DNA from: Callorhinchus milii
Lineage: Eukaryota
DNA length: 64,000 nucleotides
Direction of reading: 5' to 3'
Assembly: GCF_018977255.1 (NCBI RefSeq)
Contig: NW_024704743.1
Span: 103,852,001-103,916,000 of the forward strand
This document shows, one piece after another, positions 22,011 to 35,900 of the stretch. Numbering within the stretch: position 1 is the stretch's first letter; the number at the start of each line of letters is the position of its first letter. Under the pieces are notes generated by a model. It was not told the origin of the DNA and did no database searches. It saw only the letters and a program-made list of their open reading frames with translations. A program made the translations under genes and the position numbers.

Positions 22011-23641
22011 ATGCATTCACACATGGTGTTCAATGGAGACTGATCTCACATAACTTTAAAATATGATTTCCAATGACACTTCTCACTTGAGAATGTGCAC
22101 ATAGGTTTTGAAGCAGGGAAAACAGTCAAGCTTGCTGAACTGCATACCAGTCAATTGATGATAGCTGTCTGAGAGGTAACACTTGTCTGAAATTAGCAAT
22201 GGAGATGTATAAAAGAGCAGGTGTCTCTCCTAGTTTTCAAATCTAATTAACAAAACTGTTGGCAATAACTTTTCATTAAATGTTCAAGAACATGAGGGTG
22301 AAGGGAATCGAGAGGTTTGGGAGGGGAATAGGGAAAGGGAACTAGGAATGGTAATGCCTCATGTGGTGTATAAATATCAGAATGGACGAATTGGACTAAA
22401 TGTCATGTTTCAGTGCAGAGGCCTATGTAATTCTATGAAATTGTGTAGAACAATATAACAGGAAACGTATGACAAGGGAAGTAAACCTTCAAGCTACGTA
22501 TTTTTTTTAAAATGCTGATTAGATCAGTCTAAATTGACGGGACAGAATCAATTACCAATATACTTGTATTATGATACAGGTTAGTATCTCCTAGCTGTCC
22601 AGAATTCATTTTGACTATGACAAGAAACTTATCTTTGTTTTGTAAAGTTTTAATTTGAAAGTGCATTAATGCTTTAGGTTTTCTAACTTGTCAATGACAC
22701 ATTTATAAATGGCACATTATGCATTGTATCCAGAAGTTACATTATAGTTTACATTTTCTGATGCTGCTGAAATGCATTAGTATTAACCTTTAATGTCTAT
22801 CCTCCTACAACATTTATTCATTGTTTTTAATGGCAGGCTTCTCCGTTCATATATATAGTCAATTCACTATTGTACAAACCATTCAGTGTACTATAAATAT
22901 GTAAAACGATAGAAAGTTGTGGATGGATTATCAAGGCATACTTGTCACAAATGTTTTACTCAAATCCTGGTTTCTCTTGAATTAGTTGATTGCAAGCAAT
23001 GCTTGGCCCAGTCTCCTCATGTGAGGTAGGGGAAAAAATCGCCATGGTTCCTGCTCCTGAATTTTAACTAGTAACTCATGCTGAAAGTGTGCATATATTA
23101 ATATCAAATGAGGACAGGAGCAGGCCTGGCTCTGATGCCTCCCACGGCTGAGTATGCCACCGACACTCACTGGGGCCTATTTTATGCTGATCTCTAAAAT
23201 ATATAAGTCAATTCACTCCAGCTTTATAGTGTAAACTTCAAAGTTGCAGGGGAATTGATCACAAGTATAAACCCTCAACTCACACATGAAAGATGGTCAT
23301 TTGAGTGAGCTACTGGAAAGCTACACTTGCCTATTAAACTGAGAACTGAGTATGGTATGAGGGGTGTGAAAAGAAAATTAAGGGGGGAGATGTTGGGTTC
23401 TCTTTAATTTATACCGAGACCAGACGTGTCTCATTCAAAAGGGTTTTTATTTTAACCTGATATGACTACACAATGGAAATCTTAATGCAGTAGTTACAAA
23501 AACACAGGACAACACAAATAATAAAGAAATAATACTTGCCATTCCTGGGAGCTGGCCAGGAGACACTGCCAATAATGCAATTCAACTCCTGTTTGGTTCC
23601 TCAAACTTTTTATTCCCCACTTGCTTAAATTTATGAATCTT

Positions 23642-24664
23642 AAATTTAAACCCTTAAACTTTTTTCCCATTATCACAGTCACTCGCGTTAATAGACATCC
23701 TAGCTGTGAATGTTAAACCAATTAAGTGCCTCCCAGTATCTCCTGTTTGCCTTTGTTTCAAGAAGTGTTTTCAGATTGGCAAGTTTCCAATGCTGTCTTT
23801 CAATCAAAATGGCTGTAATAGTTAATCACCTGAGCCACTGTCGTTCTTTCAGACCACATTAACTCCTTCATTTATAATTATGTTAATCCTTACCTTTGAC
23901 ACAGTGCCCCACCACATCCTCCATGCGTCTCAAAGCGCCTCACAGAATGCACTGTATGAACCTGTATAATCTGTGTTTGAAATGTTCAACTTTGAGTCAA
24001 AAATCTTCGTACAGTACATTTTCCATTTGTGCCTTTTGGGCACAAATTCTCCAGACAGAAATTGTAAGAGATCGTGTATCCCTTTGTAATAGATCTCTGG
24101 GCTATACATTGTTCCATGATAATCATGATAATATTACTATCACGATTATTAAGGAATAACTATCATAATTATTATGAAATATATTGATCTACAAATTGAA
24201 TGCTTAATAGTTAATAATAATAATAATAATCCTTGCATTTGAACTCCATTCCGGCCTCAAAACCAATAGTGATAAGTCAAACACCTACAAGAATAATAAT
24301 AATATTCCTTACATTTGGTGTAGCGCCTTATCACGCCGTTGAGACATCTCAAAGTGCTTCACAGAATATATCGTAAAATGAATTGGCAGCCTATTGTGCA
24401 CAGCAGTGTCTCACAAACAGTCACGGATTATAAATGAAGGAGTTAGTGTGGTCTGGAAAGAAGGACAGTGGCTCAGGTGATTAACTATTACAGACATTTT
24501 GATTGAAAGGCAGCATTGGAAACTTGCCAATCTGAAAACACTTCTTGAAACAAAGGCAAACAGGAGATACTGGGAGGCATTTAATTGGTTTAACATTCAC
24601 AGCTAGGATGTCTATTAATGCCAGTGACTGTGACAATGGGAAAGAATTTTAAGGGTTTAAATTT
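23642..24664. repeat. ~238 bp inverted duplication (23642-23878 vs 24427-24664)
   Basis: The arms are reverse complements with only scattered mismatches. Confidence 0.92.
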
Positions 24665-24846
24665 TTTTTGAGGGATTATTACCCCCAGTTAGCGATCCGC
24701 CAATCGACTAATGACCGGGTTCCCATTTACTGCTAGGAGATGTGGGGAGTAAAGAAACTTGCCTAAAGTTTAATCCTGCCCGGGAATCGAACGCGGGTCC
24801 ACTCGCTTGTGAGGCAAGTGCTCTAACCAATACACTGCAGGGATCC
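24292..24846 (-). mobile_element. Long-variant SINE interrupted by a ~238 bp inverted local duplication
   Basis: SINE 3' part at 24292-24428, insert at 24427-24664, SINE 5' part at 24662-24846. Confidence 0.8.
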
Positions 24847-25052
24847 ACTGTTCCTATAATCATTGGTACAACTGGGGCTATTAAGACTATTCAAAAATGG
24901 CTTCACAAAATAATGGGTGAACAAAATATCAACGTAATGCAAAAAATTAGCTATTTTAGGAAGCTCAAATATACTAAGAAAAATAACATCTATTCATATG
25001 TAACGTAGCAATGTTATTGGTCTGGCTGACCCATCACTGAAAACTATTTAGA

Positions 25053-25365
25053 AATAATAATAATAATAATCCTTGCATTTGATATAGCGCTTTTCACGTC
25101 GGGAGGACGTCCCAAAGCGCTTCACAGAATACACTGTAAAATGAATTGACTGTATATATGTGGGCAAACGCGGCAGCCAATTGCGCACAGCAATGTCCCA
25201 CAAACAGTCGTAGATTGAAAATGACCAATTTATTATTGTTTTTGGAGGGATTATTATTAGGCGTGTGGAGTAAGGAAACTTGCCCAGGGTTTCGCCCTGC
25301 CTGGAATTGAACTCCGGTCTCTCACTTGCAAAGCGAGTACTCTAACCACTGAGCCACAGGACTCC
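25053..25365 (-). mobile_element. Young tRNA/Deu SINE, full length, possible AGAAAT target-site duplication
   Basis: Reverse complement of the 577-897 element; agaaat occurs on both flanks. Confidence 0.93.
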
Positions 25366-25792
25366 AGAAATGACCTCTACTGAGTGATTTAAACTGTAAT
25401 AACATAATAATAATAATAATAATCATAATAATAATAATCCTTACATTTGATGTAGCACCTTATCGTGTTGTTGACATTTCTCAAAACACTTCGCAGGATA
25501 TATTGTAAATGCATTGACTGTTTATTTTGTTGGTGAAATGTGGCAACCAGTTGTGCAAAGGAATGTCTCACAAACAGCCATGGAGAGTGACCAATTTAGT
25601 TGGGGGATTGTTGACCAGGACACTGGGAGAAACTCCCTTCTCTTTTTGAATAGTGCCAAAGGCTCTTCAACATTCACCTGAATAGGCAGATGGGACCTCA
25701 GTTTCTGGTCTCATCCAAAGCACAGGTTAATTAATCCCAATTCCCCGTTACGTGACACAGTCTAGACAGCCTAGACATAGTCATCTTAGACT

Positions 25793-26115
25793 ATAATAAT
25801 AACAACAATAATAATAATAATCCTTGCATTTGATATAGTGCTTTTCACGTCTTCTAGACGTCCCAAAGCACTTCACAGAATATACTGTAAAGTGAATTGA
25901 CTGTATATTTGTGGGCGAACGCGGCAGCCAATTGCGCACAGCAATGTCCCACAAACAGTCGTGGAATGAAAATGACCAATTTATTATTGTTTTGTTTTTT
26001 GGAGGGATTATTATTAGGCGTGTGGAGTAAGGAAACTTGCCCAAAGTTTCACCCTGTCTGGAATTGAACTCAGGTCTCTCACTTGCAAAGCGAATGCTCT
26101 AACCGCTGAGCTACA
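25793..26115 (-). mobile_element. Young tRNA/Deu SINE
   Basis: Same family, a few 5' bases missing. Confidence 0.92.
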
Positions 26116-27561
26116 TAATGATAATCACTTCACTTGTTATAGCACTTAAAACATCAAGAATGTCTCAAAACGCTTCTGTAAAGTGTAGTGACTGTGTGTT
26201 TTAAAAAAAGAACATTGAAATGTTTCAATGTCCTGTCCAGTTATTTACTGCCAAATCCACAGCGGTCCATATCTATACCCAGATGTATCATACCTGTTGT
26301 TAATGATCAGGCTGTCCTGCCTTCAACTTCAGAAAAAAAAACAGACAGGATCACATAACAGCCTCGGGGAAATGCCTATCATTAACTAACATCAGCAGTA
26401 GGGATCAAGGACACGTGGTTAGAATTTCCAACCACCATCTAACCTGCCACCACAATTCTGCCTCATTAGGCAAGATTACCATAGACAGGTCCATCCCCAA
26501 TACTTCAGGATTGCTCATTCAGTCATCTCACTCAATATGTAATAGCTTTCTAGCATTTCAGAAGCATGCAGTTTCCGCTTCTACGCCTTCTAAAAATTCC
26601 AACACTCAGGACCATATAAAGCTGTCAACTGGATGTATCTTCATCACTCGCAATTTCACTTCCATGGTACTCCTCTCGAGAATGGTTTCGGTCAGGAAAA
26701 TTCCAACTAAAATAATGCACATCTTTACCTCTTTCTAATATCCTCCTCTGAAGATACAATTTCTGAGTTATATTCTTCCTTACACTGTGGACATATCAAT
26801 TCTCTCTGGATTAATAATGCTGAGTCTCAACTCCTTTCCTTCAGCTCTCAATGCATTACATAGAATGATACAGCATGTAAGCAGGCCATTCAGCATAAAG
26901 AAACAAACAAATTACACTTCTATAGCCCAACCAGTCCGTGCCAGCAATTGGCAATAAACACGGATTAAACGGAATGGTATTATCATCTACACATATTCCA
27001 TGTCTGGCTCTGGTCGACCTTTACATTTTCACAGTCACGGCTTTATCATCTCTACCTCATTTACGATATGATCTATCATACATGAGGTAGACCAGGATAG
27101 AGTCTTGATTTACCCTGTCTTAATTTAGAACTATTCTGTTATTTTCCTACAATTTTCTCACAATTCTATAACAATTTTCAAAAGGGAATTAGATAGATAC
27201 TTGAAAAGGAAAAAGGATAAGGGGAAAGAACGGTGGAGTGAGACTCATCGGGTAGCTCTTCCAAAGAGCTGGCACAGGCACAGTAGATTGAATATTCTCC
27301 TTCTGTGCTTTAACGTTCTATGATACTATGATTCTAAGTCTCCTATATTCCAATTAGCAGTCAGGTAATCCTTCCAGCTATTCCATAATTCTGCACAACT
27401 CTCAGATACCATCACAGGATGGTGATATCTATATCTGCCTAAAGTTCACAAAACACATGCAATCCCTTTTCATATCGCCAACAAGTTTTCATCATATAAG
27501 AATAAATAATAATCCTTGCATTTGATATAACGCCATATTCTGTAAGGCACTATATCAAGGT

Positions 27562-27856
27562 GAGTCCTGTAGCTCAGTGGTTAGAATATGTGCCTCGCAA
27601 GCGAGAGACCTGGGTTGAATCCTGGCAGGGCGAAATCTTGGACAAATTTCTTTACTTCACACGCCTGATAATAATCCCTCAAGAAAAAAAACAGTAATAA
27701 ATTGTTCACTTCAATCCACGACTGCTTGTGGGACATTCCCGTGTGCCCACAAATATACAGTCAATTCACTTTACAGTATATTCTGTGAAGCACTTTGAGA
27801 TGTCTAGAAGACATGAAAAGTGCTATATCAAATGCAAGGATATTATTATTGTTATT
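27562..27856 (+). mobile_element. tRNA/Deu SINE, diverged, with a small internal deletion
   Basis: Head GAGTCCTGTAGCTCAGTGGTTAG and (TTA)n tail; lacks the GCTGTGCGCAATTGGCTG segment. Confidence 0.9.
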
Positions 27857-27857
27857 C

Positions 27858-29062
27858 TTACAACAGAAACAAAATTACATTTATATAGCGCCTTTCACGT
27901 CGGGAGGACATGCCAAGGCATTGGACAATTAGTATTTCGAACCCAAGCTGGGGGTCGTTGGGGGTGGAGAGCAGGGGGCGGGAAGGTGGAGAGCAGGAGG
28001 GGAAGCAGGGTAACCGAAGGCACGGTTCAAGAGGAGGGTCTTGAGATAGTTCTTGAAGGAGACAAGGGAGGGGGCAAGGAGGAGGGACTGCGGAATGGAG
28101 TTCCAGTGGGGGCAGAGTGGCAGAAGGCCTGCCCGAGACAATGGTGGGGCGAGCGAGGCAGGCGACAGTCCGGACCCCGCTGAGCAGAGCGATTGGGCAG
28201 GTTGCTAGGGGTTCAGAAGGTTGCAGCGGTAGGGGAGAGTAAGGCCATGGAGGGCTTTGAAGGTGAGGACCAGGTTCTTGAACTGTATCCTCTGTGTGAT
28301 GGGAAGCCAGTCGAGTCAGGCAAGGATGGGGTGATAGAATCGCGTAGCCTGATATGGGAGAGTACACGGGTTGCCAGAGTTCTAAATAATCGGGAGGAGG
28401 TGGCGAGGCCGACAAACAGGCAGTTTGCGTATATGAGGGTCTCAGCGGCCTGACGTGTGAGACAGTGGCAGAGCCGGGTGGTGTTGGGGAGGTGGAGGAA
28501 GGCAGAGCGGGTCATGGTACAGATATGGGGTAGAAAGAATAGTTGAGGCTCAAACAAGATACCAAGGTTCCGGACTGTAGATTAATAAGGTAAGTGTGCA
28601 TCCTTGGATGGTGATGCTGTCAGTGCCTGAGATGTGGAAGTGAAGATGGGAGCTAATCAGGAGGGCCTCGGTCTTTTTGATGTTCAACTGCAGAAAGTTA
28701 GCTCTCATCCAGTACTTGATGTGACAAACATTCGGTCAGGACAGCAGTGGTCCTGGAGTCGAGAGTGGAGGCAGAGAGATAGAGTAAGGTGTCACCCGCA
28801 TACATGTGGAAATTGTTTGTGTAGTGGTATCACCACGAGAGAGCATATAGATACTGAAAAGGAGGGGCCACGGACAGAGCCCTGAGGAACTCCACATGAA
28901 ACAGTGCGGGGGCTAGAGGAGAAGCCATTTGTGGATATGAAGTGGAGAATTAGGATCTGAACCATTCATGGACAAAACTGTTGAGGTGAGAGGAGATGTG
29001 GTGGAGGAGGATAGAGTGGTGAACGGTATCGAAGGCAGCAGAGAGGTCAAGGAGGATGAGGC
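27858..29062 (-). mobile_element. L2 LINE 3' fragment (RT region to tail), decayed
   Basis: GVPQGSVRGP-like (ggagttcctcagggctctgtccgtggccc on minus), decayed YADD-like site and LHW region; 3' tail GTGAAAGGCGCTATATAAATG. Confidence 0.88.
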
Positions 29063-29069
29063 GATCGCC

Positions 29070-29396
29070 TCATTGAGATGTCTCAAAGCACTTCACAGAA
29101 TACATTGTACAGTTAATTGACTGTATTTTATGGGCAAAACACGGCAGCCAATTGCACACAGCAGTATCCCACAAACAGTTGTGGATTGAGTGACCACTTT
29201 TTTTTAAGAGGGATTATTACCCCCAGAAAAGTGATCTGCCAATTGACTAACAACCAGTTTCCTACTTACTGCTAGGTAAACAGAGATGTGTGGAGTAAGA
29301 GAACTTGCTTACTACTTGGTTTTGCCCTGCCCAGGAATCAAACCTGGGTCATTTCGCTTGCGAGGCAAGTGCGATAACCACTACCCTACAGACTCC
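29070..29396 (-). mobile_element. Longer, older variant of the tRNA/Deu SINE with an extra ~60 bp internal segment
   Basis: Same head and body, but with ATCTCTGTTTACCTAGCAGTAAGTAGGAAACTGGTTGTTAGTCAATTGGCAGATCACTTTTCTGGGGG between CTCCACAC and TAATAATCCCTC. Confidence 0.8.
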
Positions 29397-30627
29397 TCAT
29401 CTGATTTATCATGAAAATCTGGCCAACACATTCATATCCTCATCAGAATTCACACTGACTTTCCTATATCTTTCCATCCAATTGTCCCTGCACCCCGTTC
29501 AGGAGCACTCCAGCAACCCCATCGCAGAACAGTCTAATGCAATGGAGTTCTTTATTCTTGTCTAATTAAATTACTAGAGCCAGTTTCTAAACCGAATATT
29601 GGGGTCGGTCAAATCTGTGATATTCACAAAATGGGTCTTAAGTGCTAATTGTGCCATTTTCTCAGCAAACTTGCAATATTTTCGAGACAGTGAATTGCAG
29701 TTTCCAAAAGCTGCCAAAGTGTGACATGAGATACGAATGCCATTTCCCCGCAGTCTAATTTTTTGCTCTCTGGCCGTTTTCATACTTGGCGGCTTTTAGA
29801 AATTGATCATTTACCTCATAGCTTTTTGTGGGACATTGCTGTGTGCAAATTGGCTGCCGGATTTGTCTATAAAATACACAGTCACTGCACTTTACAGCAA
29901 ATCTTGCAAAGCTCTTTGAGATATCCTCCCAATATGAAAGGGACTAAAAGACATGCAAGAATTATTAATATTATTAACATTTTGTGAACGGTGCAAATTA
30001 AACAACGTTTTCTCCATTGTCCAGACTATTTGACACAGTGAAGCTCTTTCAACACTTCAGCACTTTTGTGTTTGACTAATTAAACACTATTTCTGTCCAC
30101 GCCTAAGGCTTTCTTTCCTTGTCATCATCGGTCTTACTGCTTGTTTTACCTCCTTCCATGTCACTTAATCTTTCTTGTCCAGTTCTCTAGTATTCAAGGA
30201 AAAGATGGTAATTAGGAGAGAGGTGGAAGAAGGGTATGAGTTAGTGTTAAAATTCGAATCCAAGCCTCGATCTCATATTTTCTGGTCTGATTCACATTAA
30301 CTTCCTGTAATTATTTTCGTTGTTTGTTCATTTGAAAATTTAAGAGCATCTGTAAAATCCTTCCTTCCACATTTACAAATGATTGGCACAACTCACATTT
30401 TGCATTCTACAGTCCATTAAATATAAAGCAGAGAGGTATCAACTTTTGGGGTCTTCAGAACACAACATGTTTTCCTTGTTGGTAAATTTACAACCGCCAC
30501 CTATATTTATTATAGCATCCTTCACATAGGTAGCACCTCAGAGTGCTGAACTTAGTGACTGCTACATTCGCTGCTACCTTAAATTTACCAGAAGAAGAAA
30601 ACCTCACTGTGTACAGTTTACTTTGTA

Positions 30628-30939
30628 CTGTAGCTCAGTGGTTAGAGGACTCGCTTTGCAAGTGAGAGACCTGAGTTCAATTCCAGGCAGGGCGAAACCT
30701 TGGGCAAGTTTCCTTACTCCACACGCCTAATAATAATCCCTCCAAAACCAAAAACAATAATAAATTTGTCATTTTCAATCTACGACTGTTTGTGGGACAT
30801 TGCTGTGCGCAATTGGCTGCTGCGTTCGCCCACAAATATACAGTCAATTCACTTTACAGTGTGTTCTGTGAAGCACTTTGGGACGTCCTCCTGACGTGAA
30901 AAGCGCTATATCAAAATGCAAGGATTATTATTATTATTA
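30628..30939 (+). mobile_element. Young tRNA/Deu SINE
   Basis: Near-identical to 577-897. Confidence 0.93.
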
Positions 30940-32072
30940 CTAAAATAATGGACTAAACATCAGATTGAAAGTTGTCCTTGAGTTTATTGTACTTCAACAA
31001 TGCCAGTTTTTCTAGAAATGCACAGCCGCTACACTTTATAGTAAGTCCTGTGAATTGCTTTCAAACATATCGATGGCATGATATTAATAGTTCTATAATA
31101 ATATAATGATAATCCTTGCATTTTGATTTAGCACTTTATCTCATTTTCGACACATCTCAATCATTCTAGCATTTGATATAGGGCCTTTCACATCGGGAGG
31201 ATGTCTCAAAATACCTCACAGGATTTGTTGTAAAGTATATTGACCGTGTATTTTGCAGGCGAATGCAGCATCCAATATTTGCACAGCAATGTCCCACAAA
31301 CAGCAAATGAAATGAATGAGCAATTTTATCTGAAGCATTGTTGGCCAAATACAGAGAAACTCCTTTCTCATTTTGAATAGTACCATAGAATCTTTAGTGT
31401 CCACCTGAACGGGCACAGACAGGGCCTTGGAACTTGAACCCAATTGAGCCTGACTGATACAGCACTATATTAAATGAAAGATTATTATTAATTACTATTA
31501 TGACCACACTGAGAAAAGATCAGCACTCAAGCATTTGGGCAGTGACCAAAGGATCTGATTCTGACTTCTTTGGAGCAGAAAGAGTGAAGACACATTGCAC
31601 TGGCAGGGGTGGTATTTTGCCCTGAAAGATTGCAGCTTGTAAGGTTTCTAATTTCTCAAAGCTTTTCTTTAAGGAGTCACAAAAATAACAGATAATCCTC
31701 TTCCTAGGCTGAAGTAGATCTGTCATCACCTTACAACCCACACACATCTTTTTACAAACTGGGCAGCTGGTGCTGTTCTTTAGGTTCCATAGGCCTTATG
31801 TGTCTGCACTGCACTGACTTTGTTCTTCTTTGCACAACTAGACAACTATCCCCCAGATAAAATTGATCATTCACTTAATGGCTGTTTGTGGGAAGTTGCT
31901 GTGTGCACATTGTCTGCCGAGTTTGGCTTACAAATAAATACACAATCACTACATTTTACAGTAAAGACGTTTTGACAATATAAGGCACAACATCAAATGC
32001 AAGAATTATAATTATTATTATACTGTATATTGCAGGCAACATAAGGAACATTTTATTTGGCGGCGCCAAGTT

Positions 32073-32381
32073 ATAATAATAATAATCCTTGCATTTGATA
32101 TACTGCTTTTCACGTCTTCTAGACGTCTCAAAGCGCTCACAGAATATGCTGTAAAGTGAATTGACCGTACTTGTGTGGGCGAAACGCGGCAGCCAATTGC
32201 GCACAGCAGCGTCCCACAAACAGTCGTGGATTGAAAATGACCAATTATTATTGTTTTGTTTTGCAGGAATTATTATTAGGTGTGTGGAGTAAGGAAACTT
32301 GCCCAAGGTTTCGCCCTGCCTGGAATTGAACCCAGGTGTCTCGCTTGCAAGGCAAGTGCTCTAACTACTGAGCTACAGGAC
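32073..32381 (-). mobile_element. tRNA/Deu SINE
   Basis: Reverse-complement copy of the family. Confidence 0.92.
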
Positions 32382-34217
32382 AAGTTCAAGATTTGTATTT
32401 AATCTATGCAAGAAATGTTGCCATTTTGCATATTGAAAGTATAATAATCATGAATCCCTGTTAGAGTAATACTGATTCACTTGATTATTTTACCGCCTTC
32501 AATTCTTTTGATATCACATTTATAATGAAATATTCTGCATGTTTTACAGCTTCTACATTTGTAATTGTTATGACGAAGCTGCACTGTGTGTAATCGTCTT
32601 GCAATAAAAATACTTTATTGTGCCTAACTCTGCAATAATTATACAAGTATTTCCAAATTAGGAGTGATATACCACCAAACAGGTATGAGTCATTAATTGC
32701 TCATTTTATTTCAATAAAATTTGAAGCAGTTTTATTATTTTACATTACTTATTCATCATTAATTATCCACTGACTCAGATATGGCACTGCACATCTACTG
32801 GTCATTGATGGCAAAGCAGCACAATATTTTATATTTCTAAAGTAGCTCCAGGTTCTGCTCTGCCCTTTGTCTACTTAGAGTCACAACTCATTGTTACAAC
32901 AACTTGCATAGTGCCCTTCATTCAGGATAGCGTTTCAGAGTGCCTCAATTGTAGGGCAACAGAAATCTCCAACAGGACCAAGCAAAGAATATTCACGGAC
33001 ATTTGAATTCCTGCACTGATTGAATCCTTTAAGCTTAAGAAGCGGCCCTTCTATAAGGTGACATGTATATGTTGTATTGTATCTTATTCTCACCAAACAA
33101 AGGTTCCACACAGCTTTCCAGAATTCATTGCTTAGCTCACAGATACATTAAGAGAATGAATAATCCCCACAATGAGTCCTTTTATCTTACCACTGAGATA
33201 CTTTCTGTTCATTGCCCCATATGGCAAGGAGGTTGACTATTCTCCCCACTCAGCCCTCCTTATTCCATCTTCAAATATATTACAGATCTTCAGTATCTAT
33301 CACAAATTAACTTGTTTTTCACTGAGGATGGTCCTGTGAAAACAGTGCTATGTAACAGAAGGCTGGATGGACCAAGGCAGTGGAACAAGAGTACCAGCAA
33401 TTTCAGGACAGATACCAGGAAGTTTTTCTTTATCCAGAATGTAATTAAGATGAAATCAACATAATAATTCTTGCATTTCATGTAGCACTTTATGACATCG
33501 TCAAAGCCTCTGAAAGCCCTTCACAGGATTTGCTGTAATGTGTAGTGACTGTATTTGAAGACGAATGTGGCAGCCAATTTGTGCACAACAAAATAACCCC
33601 AAAAGAAGTGGCATCTATCACTAACACAGAACTAACTAGATTGATAGTCAAAAACAAGGGATATTGAACTGAAGATGAAATGTAAAAATGATGACTTCAA
33701 AACCCCACTACACAAAAAAACAGTTCAGGTAAGAGTAGAGGCAACAGCCAGAAGAATATAAATATAATCTATGACCAAATCTCTGGAACTCCCTGACTCA
33801 ATCCCTTTGTCTTGTCCCTGCTTTGCTCATCTTCATATCACACCTGAAGACTTTCCACTTTGACCTTTCCTATGGTCACCTCCACTTTTTCTTTCTCGGT
33901 GTTAAACTAAGCCATTGTTCAGTGCTCCGAGATTCTACCTGAGATGAAGGGTCTATACAAATGGAAGGTGTTGTTGTTGTTGAAATAAGATACGATAACA
34001 CTTGCATTGGTTATAACCCGAAGCTATCATTCAGAGCTGTTAACTCTCGTGCTAGATTAGAGATATATGTTTTCACACAAAAGATTTTGGTTCCTCTCCC
34101 ATCTCCAAGGTAACTATTTACAGTCAATGTGTTGACAAAGTGAACACAGCTAAACGAGAGGATCAGTAGGAACTAGTTCTGTGGTAGACTGAAGCAGGAA
34201 GAGAACAAGTGGAAAGT

Positions 34218-34808
34218 ACCTAATTTCTACATAGTCTTAGCCTGCAAGACCATTTTGTATTAAAATTTTAAAAGCAGATTTTCTGAAATATTCTTAAATT
34301 CAGTCTTAATTTTGGAACAGGTCTTTTTAAGATCTGCAGCATACCGGCTTACAAATTAAGTTATTTAAGAACTTTCCACAAGGCTGTGCAATCTTTGACT
34401 TTAAGACAAAATGATCTGACAGGCTAAGAACTTTTGGAATTACATGCTCAAGAAGAATTAATAAATTCAACAAGAGAGTTCATTTGGTACTTTCGCTTAA
34501 ATCATCTAGAAGTTAGCTAACAAGCCATCCGAGGCTTGAATTTTTTATAATCTTCGCCTTAAGATCTTTTTTTTAAATTTAAGATCTTACAGGATTTTGG
34601 AAAAATCTTATTTAGTTTTAACTGATTGATTGAGACTAATTTTCTGTAGAAACCAAAAAGAGCTAGAAAAAAGTTTCCAAATTAAAACTAAAGGTCAAGG
34701 TTTTCCATAATTCTGCACAATCTTAAATTTTAAGACAATGGTCTTAAGGATAAGACTTAAGGATATCCTTAATGGTCTTAAGGATTAGACCATGAGAAAT
34801 GTAGGTCT
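34218..34808. mobile_element. Old palindromic MITE-like element rich in CTTAAG/AAGAC motifs
   Basis: The left end agtcttagcctgcaagaccattttgtattaaaatttt pairs with the right end aaattttaagacaatggtcttaaggataagact; perfect internal palindrome TTAAGGATATCCTTAA. Confidence 0.55.
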
Positions 34809-35146
34809 TTATCATTAACAGCCTGTTCTTTATTAAACCCAGAGATCTTGCAAATAAATCTTCCATTGACTGCTCACTTAATACACTGTTAGGAGTGTTT
34901 ACACGTGGAATTAGAAAAGAAGGAATTTAGTCTTTCAGGGATCTCATTTAACCCATATCTACAGCTACAACTGAAACATTACATGCCATTATTCTCAATT
35001 TTTTTCTATCATATAATATACAATCCAGAGTGACGAGGATTGTGGATCTAAAAAAGATTAACAGATGCTGGGATGTGATTTTTCAGCTAGGTGTCTGACA
35101 CATACAGGAACTAAACGTGGTATTTAAGAGTGTCTTAACCACATAG

Positions 35147-35900
35147 GTTACGGTTTCTGTTAGTCTCATAGGGGGTCCAACTCTCTCCCCTGAGAGACTC
35201 ATCTTGCCTATTTAATCCTGGTGCATTTAGGTGCAGTTTGATAAGAGCCAAGACTTAGATGCCTCAGAGTGTCCATTGGGGTACTGCTGGAGTGTAACCA
35301 GTCAAATTGTGGGAATACTGGTAAGTTTCTCTCTGTTTGACCAGATAAGGCCACGCTACCCAATTGGACTTTGTATTACTGGGTTAACTGGAGGAGAATC
35401 AAAGTTCATGTGATCCTGGAGGATGACAGATCAGGAATTATGAAGCTACAAAAGAATGACAGCTTCATGAATGTGGATCCAGACAAGAGTGACAGATTAA
35501 AAGCACCTTGATGCTGTGATAGGAAGATTGTAGGGTGGGTATTCTGGAAGAATGAGATCAGATGGGCCCAAGGGCCTTCTTCATCCAAACCAACCTTGTG
35601 GTCCAGAGTTTGCTATCAGACAGAACAGATCCAGACAGATGCAGCAGCTTTGACAAAAGCAGAGCCAGAGAGGAGTGGCATTGCTTGACCTCAAGACTTC
35701 ACTTTCTGAGATGGTGTTATCGCGCTGTATTTATTAATTATTCTCTTTGTCTGTAGCAGTTTTGTATGTTAAGTCAGTTGTACTATTAATTTAATTTTCT
35801 TTTGACATTTTGTTGTCATTTAAAAACGTTTTTGCTAAACTTGTCCAGCCTTTTAAGAATAAAAGCTGCCTTCTCTTGAGCACAAACACTGATCCGTAAC
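35147..35900 (+). mobile_element. Probable solo LTR containing a LINE 3'-type fragment (~35400-35590)
   Basis: Inverted termini GTTACGG...CCGTAAC and AATAAA near 35858. The internal fragment resembles, in reverse, 45005-45100 and 49810-49870. Confidence 0.45.
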
